Source: Haloferax volcanii DS2
Lineage (GTDB): Archaea > Halobacteriota > Halobacteria > Halobacteriales > Haloferacaceae
DNA length: 32,000 nt
Assembly: GCF_000025685.1 (NCBI RefSeq)
Contig: NC_013964.1
Span: 330,001-362,000, forward strand
Direction: 5' to 3'
The translations under genes and the position numbers were made by a program. Shown here piece by piece: positions 18,353 through 24,766 of this stretch (within the stretch, counting starts at the first letter, position 1; each line of letters begins with the position of its first letter). The notes below the pieces were generated by a model. The model was not told the DNA's origin. It searched no databases and was given only the letters and a program-made list of their open reading frames with translations.

Positions 18353-19735
18353 TCACGCGCTCCAATCGGGGCGCTCGCGCTCCACGAACCGGCCGTGGCC
18401 GGGGTCGCCGACGACCTCGCCGTCGGCCGCGACGACCTCGCCGCGGACGAGCGTCTTCGTCACCCGGCCCGTGACTTCCCGGCCCTCGTAAATCGAGTAG
18501 TCCGCCTTCGAGGCGTTCGCGTCGGCGGAAATCGTGTACGTCTCGTCGGGGTCGAACAGGACGATATCGGCGTCGGTTCCGGGTTCGAGCGTGCCCTTGT
18601 TCGGGAGGCCGAACGTCTCGGCCGGGTTCGAACACATCACGCGGACGAGGAACGGGTACGAGAGCCCGCGCTCGTTGACCGCCTCGTCGTGGAACACCGG
18701 GAGGCTGACCTGCACGCCGTTCGCGCCGAACGGGCCCTCCCACCACGGCCGGTCGACCTTGTCGGCGCGCTTCGAGGCGACGTGGTCCGTCGAGACGACG
18801 CTCAGCACGCCGCGGCGGAGGTATTCGAACATCGCCTCCACGTCGTCTTCCTTGCGGATGGGCGGCGCGATTTTCGGCAGGTTCCCCAGTTCCGCGTAGA
18901 CGGAGTCGTCGAGCGTCGTGTAGTGCGTGCAGGTCTCCGCCCTGACCCGCGACCCGTCCTCGCGGTGGCGGGCGAGCGCGTCGGCGGCCGCCCGGCACGT
19001 CGTGTGGATGCCGTAGTATTTCGCCCCGGCCTCGGTCGCGAGCGTGACCGCGTCGGACGCGGCCATCGCCTCGGCGTAGTCGGGGCGAGACTGCGGGTAC
19101 GTCTCGGGGGCGTCCTCGCCAGCGGCCCGGAGTTCGGCGGTGAGCGCCCGGCAGACCGAGTCGTCTTCGCTGTGGACCACGCCGACCGCGTCGTGTTCGG
19201 CGAGGCGGTCGAACACCCGCTTGAGAAAGCCGTTCGAGACGCCGAACTCGTAGGCGGTGTACATCTTGAACGAGGTCACGCCGTCGTCGACGAGCACCGG
19301 AATCTCCTCGAAGACCGCGTCGTCCTCCCTGAGAATCCCGCCGTGTAATCCGAAGTCGACGAGCGACTGTTCCTGTTGGTCGCGTTTGCGTTCGAGGCCC
19401 TCCGAAAGGGTCGCCGGCTCGTCCCACGGACTGTCCGCGCCCTCGTAGGCCTGCCACGCGAAGTCGATGAACGTGGTGACCCCGCCGAGCGCCGCCGCGC
19501 TGGACACGGTTCGGTAGGTGTCGATGGAGACGTGGTCGTCGACGTGGATGTGCGGGTCGACGACGCCGGGCATGACGACCTGTCCAGTCGCGTCGATTCG
19601 GTTCCGTCCAGCGGGGAGGGCGTCCTCGTCGCCGACGCCGACGATGCGACCCTCGTCGACCGCGACCGCGGCGTCGAGCGTCCGCGAGTCGGTGACGACG
19701 GTCCCGCCGGCGAGTATCGTGTCAACAGTCATCAC
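18353..19735 (-). CDS. Cyclic amidohydrolase of the hydantoinase/dihydropyrimidinase type; putative allantoinase by context
   Basis: 460 aa. It has the metal-binding HxH (VVDPHIHV) and a carbamylated-Lys region (VTSFKMYTAY), giving an overall D-hydantoinase/DHPase-like pattern. It is located between the purine permease and uraD. Confidence 0.85.
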   Translation of the reverse strand: MMTVDTILAGGTVVTDSRTLDAAVAVDEGRIVGVGDEDALPAGRNRIDATGQVVMPGVVDPHIHVDDHVSIDTYRTVSSAAALGGVTTFIDFAWQAYEGADSPWDEPATLSEGLERKRDQQEQSLVDFGLHGGILREDDAVFEEIPVLVDDGVTSFKMYTAYEFGVSNGFLKRVFDRLAEHDAVGVVHSEDDSVCRALTAELRAAGEDAPETYPQSRPDYAEAMAASDAVTLATEAGAKYYGIHTTCRAAADALARHREDGSRVRAETCTHYTTLDDSVYAELGNLPKIAPPIRKEDDVEAMFEYLRRGVLSVVSTDHVASKRADKVDRPWWEGPFGANGVQVSLPVFHDEAVNERGLSYPFLVRVMCSNPAETFGLPNKGTLEPGTDADIVLFDPDETYTISADANASKADYSIYEGREVTGRVTKTLVRGEVVAADGEVVGDPGHGRFVERERPDWSA

Positions 19736-19818
19736 GACACACTCCTCGGTGGAGCGAATTATACGTACCGGTAGACCGCGGGTCGAACTGGGGCGAGAAA
19801 GCAGCAGACGGGGCGAAC

Positions 19819-21243
19819 TCAGTCGTCGACCGGCGCGGAGGGCGACGACTCAGAACTCGACAGTTCGGTCAGGTCTTCCGGGTCGAGGCCGTCGGTGTGC
19901 TCGGTCGGGCCGAGGCCGACGCCGCCGCCGGGGAGCACGACGTTGAGCGCGAGCGCGGTGAAACCGCCGGTGACGAGCGCGGAGCCGAACAACGTCTGCA
20001 CCTCGGCAGGGAAGTTCTGGAGCACCTCGGGGCGGAACGCCACGCCGAGGCCGAACGCCATCGACAGCGCGAGAATCGTCGAGTTCCGGTGGTCGAGCGT
20101 GACGTTCTGCGTGATGATGCGCGCCCCCGAGGAGAAGATCATCGCGAAGAGGATGAGCGCGCCGCCGCCGAGGACGGCGTCGGGCATCACGGAGACGACC
20201 GCGCCGACCTTCGGGACGAAGCCGAGCACGACGAGGACGACCCCGCCGATGCCGACGACGTATCGGCTCGCGACGCCGGTGAAGCTCACGAGGCCGACGT
20301 TCTGCGAGAAAGACGTGTTGGGAAGCGCGTTGAACAGCGCGGCGAACGCGCTCATCACGGCGTCGGCGACGAGGCCGCCGCGGAACTCCTTGCGGGTCGG
20401 GTTCCGGCCGGTCGCCGACACCGTGCCGGAGATGTCGCCGATGGTTTCGAGGCCGGTGATGACGTAGAGGAACGCGACCGTGAGCACGGCACTGGGCGGG
20501 AATTCGAGGCCGAATCTGAGCGGCGTCGGCACGGTTATCCACCCCGCGGTCGCGACGGCGGTGAAGTCGACCATCCCGAGCGCGATGGCGGCGACGTAGC
20601 CGACGACGATGCCGACGAAGACGCTGATGACGCGGAGGAAGCCGTCGAAGAACTGGTTGAGAACGACCGTGACGACCAAGACGAGCCCCGCGAGGCCGAG
20701 GTTCGCAAACGAGCCGTAGCCGGCGGCCGAGGGGCCGGCGGACGCGCCCGCGGCGTAGTTCATCCCCGTCGGGATGAGCGTCAGCCCGATGAGCATCACG
20801 ACGATGCCCGTGACGAGCGGTGGGAAGTACTTCTGGAAGCGGTCGAGCGTGACGCCCATCACCAACTCGACGGGCGCGGCGAGAAGTGACGTGCCGAAAA
20901 CCGCGGCGATGCCGAACTGTTGGCCGATACCGATGAGCGGGCCGAGGAACGCGAAGCTCGTTCCCATGACGATTGGGAGTCGCGCGCCGACGGGACCGAT
21001 TGGGAAGGCCTGCACGAGCGTCGCCGCGCCGGCGACGATGAGCGCCATCTGCACGAGAAACGTCGTCTGGCCCGACACCGAACCGACGGCGCCCGCGAGG
21101 ATGAGCGGCGGCGCGACGTTGCCGAGGAACATCGCGAGGACGTGTTGGATTCCCAGCGGGACCGCCTCGCCCAGCGGCGGTCTGTCTTCGATATCGTACA
21201 GTACGACCGAGTCGCTCTCCGCATCGGCGGATGTGCTAGTCAT
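19819..21243 (-). CDS. NCS2 family nucleobase:cation symporter (xanthine/uric acid permease-like)
   Basis: It is polytopic and contains PLGIQHVLAMFLGNVAPPLIL, the NCS2 signature region. ATG at 21243 is preferred over the GTG at 21258 used by the track. Confidence 0.9.
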   Translation of the reverse strand: MTSTSADAESDSVVLYDIEDRPPLGEAVPLGIQHVLAMFLGNVAPPLILAGAVGSVSGQTTFLVQMALIVAGAATLVQAFPIGPVGARLPIVMGTSFAFLGPLIGIGQQFGIAAVFGTSLLAAPVELVMGVTLDRFQKYFPPLVTGIVVMLIGLTLIPTGMNYAAGASAGPSAAGYGSFANLGLAGLVLVVTVVLNQFFDGFLRVISVFVGIVVGYVAAIALGMVDFTAVATAGWITVPTPLRFGLEFPPSAVLTVAFLYVITGLETIGDISGTVSATGRNPTRKEFRGGLVADAVMSAFAALFNALPNTSFSQNVGLVSFTGVASRYVVGIGGVVLVVLGFVPKVGAVVSVMPDAVLGGGALILFAMIFSSGARIITQNVTLDHRNSTILALSMAFGLGVAFRPEVLQNFPAEVQTLFGSALVTGGFTALALNVVLPGGGVGLGPTEHTDGLDPEDLTELSSSESSPSAPVDD

Positions 21244-21478
21244 CAGCTCACACGACACGAGACTGGCTTTTGAAACTACCCCTTATTCACCTAATATATC
21301 TATGAATGGTGTTTTCCTTCGAGTAAGAATACACGTACAGACAGCGCTCGCTCGTCGAGCGAGACAGTCGTAGAAATCATCGAGGGAACGTATTCAATCG
21401 CGCGGCTCATCGAGGGCGCGCGCTACCGGTGCGACCGCCTGTGGCGTCCCCGCCTACGGACGGGCCGATACCGACGGT

Positions 21479-21600
21479 CGGGAGCGCGTTGAACGTCCGC
21501 TCGTCGACGAGGCCGCGCGTCGTCTCGGTGAGGGGCACGCGAGTACGAGGTAGTCGCTCCGCGCGGCGGCCGAAAGCACGTCGTGAAGGACCGCGATGTC
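21479..21600 (-). pseudogene. Remnant of a D-isomer-specific 2-hydroxyacid dehydrogenase gene (internal fragment, frameshifted, lacking the N-terminal two thirds)
   Basis: The minus strand reads DIAVLHDVLSAAARSDYLVLACP. After a 1-nt slip in a C-run at about 21532 it reads LTETTRGLVDERTFNALP. Together these match the conserved sD.v.l..PlT.eTrgl....f..l. block of the D-2-HADH NAD-binding domain. Weaker traces (VARALDEP, SLDDF) continue to about 21330. The fragment begins immediately after the DUF3830 stop codon. Confidence 0.5.
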
Positions 21601-21602
21601 GG

Positions 21603-22019
21603 TCACTCCGATACCTCTCGGATGACGACGTCTTGGACGCCCTCGCGGAGCGTCAGTTCCTCGATTGCCTTCAGCTCCTCCGCCGTCGCGTCGATGGTCG
21701 CGAAGTGGTTCCCGGCGAGTTCACCGGCGGGGCTCTTGAAGCACGTCGGGCCGCAGGGGACGAGAATCTCCTGTTCGTTCCGGTAGCCGGGGTAGAGAAG
21801 CAGGTCGCCCCGCGACGGGTAGACGGTGTGGTTTTCCCGCGGAATCTCGGGGAGGTCGATTTCGTCGATGTTTATCCACGTCGCGATGCCGCTCCAGCGG
21901 ACGTGCATGAGCTCCGACTCCAACGGGAGGAACTCTCGAACCGCCTCGACGGAGGCGGGCGCGCGGTCTTCGTGCAGTTCTGCGGTGAACGTCCGGTCTC
22001 CGATTTCTAGCTGTAACAT
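21603..22019 (-). CDS. DUF3830 / cyclophilin-like-fold family protein of unknown function (138 aa)
   Basis: MLQLEIGDRTFTAELHEDRAPASVEAVREFLPLESELMHVRWSG...GDLLLYPG...GNHFATIDATAEELKAIEE. This pattern recalls DUF3830 (PF12903) members, recognised from memory. The rest of track ORF 21603..22778 is a high-GC artefact. Confidence 0.65.
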   Translation of the reverse strand: MLQLEIGDRTFTAELHEDRAPASVEAVREFLPLESELMHVRWSGIATWINIDEIDLPEIPRENHTVYPSRGDLLLYPGYRNEQEILVPCGPTCFKSPAGELAGNHFATIDATAEELKAIEELTLREGVQDVVIREVSE

Positions 22020-22045
22020 GGGTGTAGTGGCTCGTGTGATGGTGG

Positions 22046-23365
22046 TTAGTTTCGTTCGGTGTCGTCCGTCTCGGTGTCGTCCGTCGTCGCCAGTCTGGCG
22101 AGCGTCCCCGCGAGCACTTCGGTCGCGGCGGTGCAGTCGGCCCAGTCGGCCCGCTCTCTCGGTGAGTGCGAGTGGCCGTTCTCGGAGGCGACGAACACGA
22201 GCGCGGCGTCGGTCACGTCGGCGACCTGCATCGTGTCGTGGCCCGCGCCCGAGTGGAGCGACAGCGTCTCGATGTCGCACGCGCGGGACGCCTCGGTCGC
22301 GACCCGCCGACAGCGCTCCGACAGCGGCGTCGGCGGAACGTCGTAGGTGCAGTCGAACGAAGTCGTCACGCCGCGGTGGGTCTCGACCGCGTCGAGCGCC
22401 CGTTCGACCGCGTCCAACTGGAGGCGTATCTCCTCGCGGTCGACCGACCGGAGGTCGAGGCGGAGCGAGGCCGCACCGGGGACGACGTTGACGACGTTCG
22501 GTTCGACGTCGAGTTCGCCGACGGTGCCGACGGCGGTGCCGCTGCCGGTCGTCGCGATGTCCGCGGCGCGCCGCTCGACCTCCAAGACGAGTTCGCTCGC
22601 GGCCGCGAGCGCATCGTGGCGCGCCGTCATCTCGGTCGTCCCCGAGTGGTCGGCCTGCCCCTCGATAGACACGTGACACCGCGCGGTTCCGGTGATGTCG
22701 GTGACGATACCGAGAGGGACGCCGGCGTCTCCGAGGCGCGTGTTCTGTTCGATGTGGAGTTCGACCCACGCGTCCCACGCGCTCGCGTCGAGGCGGCCCG
22801 AGCCGCGGTAGCCGACGCGGTCGAGGGCGTCTTCGAGCGTCACGTCGCCGTCCGTCAGCGCGAGCGTCTCGTCGACGCCGCGTTTCCCGGCGGCGACCGT
22901 CGACCCGAGGACGCCGTCAGCGAAGCGCGTCCCCTCCTCGCCGGTGAAGCAGACGACTTCGAGCGGGCGAGCGGGCGTCAGGTCGCTCTCGCGGATACTT
23001 CGGACGGCCTCCACGGCGGCGTAGACCCCGAGCGGTCCGTCGAAGATGCCGCCGTTCGGAACCGAATCGAGGTGGCTCCCGGCGGCGACCGGGGCCGCAT
23101 CCGGGTCGACGCCGTCCGGGGTCCACCGACCGGCGATGTTGCCGACGGCGTCGATACGGACGTCGAGACCGACCGCTTCGAGGCGGCTCACGAGGTAATC
23201 GCGGGCCCGCCCGTTCGCCGCGTCGGCGGGGAGCGCGGTCCGACCGCGCCCGTGTTCGGTGTCTACCGAGCCGAATACCGCCGTTCGCTCGATGTCCTCG
23301 CGGAAAGAGTCGCCGTCGATGTCGAACGAAACGCGACCCGCACTGCCGCGAGTCGGGGCCGTCAC
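22046..23365 (-). CDS. allC: M20-family Zn hydrolase of the allantoate amidohydrolase / N-carbamoyl-L-amino-acid hydrolase (AllC/AmaB) group
   Basis: 439 aa. It contains IDAVGNIAGRW, AGSHLDSVPNGGIFDGPLGV, FTGEEGTRF and a C-terminal SGAGHD, which are typical of AllC/AmaB. The start is GTG at 23365, and an in-frame TGA lies 3 codons upstream. Confidence 0.85.
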   Translation of the reverse strand: MTAPTRGSAGRVSFDIDGDSFREDIERTAVFGSVDTEHGRGRTALPADAANGRARDYLVSRLEAVGLDVRIDAVGNIAGRWTPDGVDPDAAPVAAGSHLDSVPNGGIFDGPLGVYAAVEAVRSIRESDLTPARPLEVVCFTGEEGTRFADGVLGSTVAAGKRGVDETLALTDGDVTLEDALDRVGYRGSGRLDASAWDAWVELHIEQNTRLGDAGVPLGIVTDITGTARCHVSIEGQADHSGTTEMTARHDALAAASELVLEVERRAADIATTGSGTAVGTVGELDVEPNVVNVVPGAASLRLDLRSVDREEIRLQLDAVERALDAVETHRGVTTSFDCTYDVPPTPLSERCRRVATEASRACDIETLSLHSGAGHDTMQVADVTDAALVFVASENGHSHSPRERADWADCTAATEVLAGTLARLATTDDTETDDTERN

Positions 23366-23655
23366 GGTCCCCCGTCACGACGACCGCTGCGCCGTCGATT
23401 CCGCCGCCGGGTGGCACCGTGTCGCGGCGAGGCAGGAACGTCCGCGACCGAACCGCCGCCCGTCCCCGTCGTCCGGAGCCGGCGGTCGGCGGCTGTCGGC
23501 TTCGGTCTGAAAGGTATCATTGCGTACTTACCCCGAGAGTAACACCACTTGTTGATAAACATTTCGTGAGATGGCGATTTGGTGGCCAGAATACTCGATG
23601 TTTTTCAAATTTAGTGAATACATACACAGTTCCAACCGGAGGGCCGGATTAGAAT

Positions 23656-23673
23656 GTTCGACTATTTCAAACG
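23656..23673 (+). repeat. Copy 1 of a perfect 18-bp direct repeat GTTCGACTATTTCAAACG
   Basis: Read directly. The second, identical copy is 373 bp downstream. Both lie in the 880-bp divergent spacer between allC and the xanthine dehydrogenase operon. Confidence 0.9.
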
Positions 23674-23905
23674 CCGACGAGACAAGTGCGTCCGACAACC
23701 GCCCACACGACCAGCTCGAACCCGATTACTCATCCCGTCCGAGCGAGACATCGAGCGCGCTCGACGAAAGTGGGGTGATACCGCTCCGTTAGCCACCGCC
23801 GAGCGACGGTGGTTACCTCGGCTCGTCCAAGATGCTCGAACGCGCGACGGGGGACAGCGACACCACGGCGTGCGCTCCCGTCCTTGGGTGAACTCCTCGC
23901 GATGG

Positions 23906-23927
23906 ATTACAAATTTACGGTTGTAAT
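23906..23927. repeat. Inverted repeat ATTACAA-N8-TTGTAAT in the divergent spacer
   Basis: Read directly: gATTACAAatttacggTTGTAATttc. It lies in the most AT-rich part of the spacer. Confidence 0.7.
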
Positions 23928-24028
23928 TTCCTATTCCAGACGCACGACCCCCGTGATGACAAACGGTATCGTGTCTCTCGCGAGCCGCGAGCGGTCGCCA
24001 CAGCGCGCTCGAACCTCCCGCGGAACGC

Positions 24029-24046
24029 GTTCGACTATTTCAAACG
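24029..24046 (+). repeat. Copy 2 of the perfect 18-bp direct repeat GTTCGACTATTTCAAACG
   Basis: Read directly. In this copy TTCGAC is followed 16 nt later by GTCGAA, forming a short hairpin or dyad. Confidence 0.9.
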
Positions 24047-24210
24047 GGAGCGTCGAATCGGGAATCAGGCGGGGTCGGTGCGAGGCGGGGTGAGGCTGGG
24101 GAGACGACGAACGAAACGACCACACCGGCGACATCGAGACCGCTCCCGAAGACCGCGCTCGTGAACCGGACAATCGAGGGAATGCTGGCACAATTATGCC
24201 CCCTACCAGA

Positions 24211-24220
24211 ATATTTAATT
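24211..24220 (+). promoter_or_regulatory. Putative TATA-like box (ATATTTAATT) for the xanthine dehydrogenase operon
   Basis: This AT-rich element is centred about 32 nt upstream of the ATG at 24247. That position fits a leaderless or very short-leader haloarchaeal transcript. Confidence 0.35.
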
Positions 24221-24246
24221 GCGTATAGGAGCGGATATATTCAAGA

Positions 24247-24765
24247 ATGATTCAAGATAGCACGTCAACTACCGTAGTCCGAGCGAGCGTGAACGGTGAA
24301 GACGAACAGTTCGCCGTCTCGTCCGGCGAGACGCTCATGGAGACGCTCCGCGGGGCGGGGTACTACGGCGTCAAAAACGGCTGTGACGAGGGCGTTTGCG
24401 GGGCATGCAACGTCATCCTCGGCGACGAGGGAGTCACCCGGTCGTGTCTCGTGCCGGCGGCGAGTTGCGACGGAGCGGAGGTGATGACCGTCGAGGGACT
24501 GGCCGACGACGACGGCGGCCTCCACCCCCTTCAGTCGGCGTTCCTCGAACACGGGGCCGCCCAATGTAGCTACTGCATCCCCGGCGTACTGCTCGCCTCG
24601 TACGACCTCCTCCAGCGGAACGACGAGCCGACCGAGAGCGAGGTCGCAGACGGGCTGAGCGGCAACATCTGTCGCTGTACGGGCTACGTCCAGCAAATAG
24701 AGGCGGTGCAAGCGGCGGCCGACCGCCTCTCCGGGTCGGACGCGTCGTCCGAGGGCTCCGGGTAA
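24247..24765 (+). CDS. Xanthine dehydrogenase family (2Fe-2S)-binding small subunit
   Basis: It has both [2Fe-2S] cysteine clusters: GCDEGVCGACNV...C (plant-type) and QCSYCIPG...CRCTGY. Confidence 0.95.
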   Translation: MIQDSTSTTVVRASVNGEDEQFAVSSGETLMETLRGAGYYGVKNGCDEGVCGACNVILGDEGVTRSCLVPAASCDGAEVMTVEGLADDDGGLHPLQSAFLEHGAAQCSYCIPGVLLASYDLLQRNDEPTESEVADGLSGNICRCTGYVQQIEAVQAAADRLSGSDASSEGSG

Positions 24766-24766
24766 G

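Noticed and set aside
18270-19457. N-terminal approximately 395 aa of track ORF 17763..19457
   Set aside because: Only the last 168 codons (from ATG 18269) encode OHCU decarboxylase. The upstream part is an Arg/Gly-rich alternate frame of the amidohydrolase gene on the same strand.
21377-21416. 10-bp direct repeat TCATCGAGGG at 21377-21386 and 21407-21416, and a 17-bp palindrome CTCGCTCGTCGAGCGAG at 21347-21363, upstream of the permease gene
   Set aside because: Both fall inside the decayed 2-hydroxyacid dehydrogenase remnant (reading ALDE and SLDD on the minus strand). They may be residues of former coding sequence. They are too short to claim as operators without comparative data, so they are noted only as possible permease-promoter elements.
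23571-24191. Short ORFs in the 880-bp divergent spacer (23571-23792, 23654-23926, 23809-24093, 23931-24191)
   Set aside because: They mutually overlap, are Arg-rich or have poor GC3, and I recognise no motif in them. The shared STISN/FEIVE peptides arise only from the 18-bp DNA repeat, which is read in different frames.
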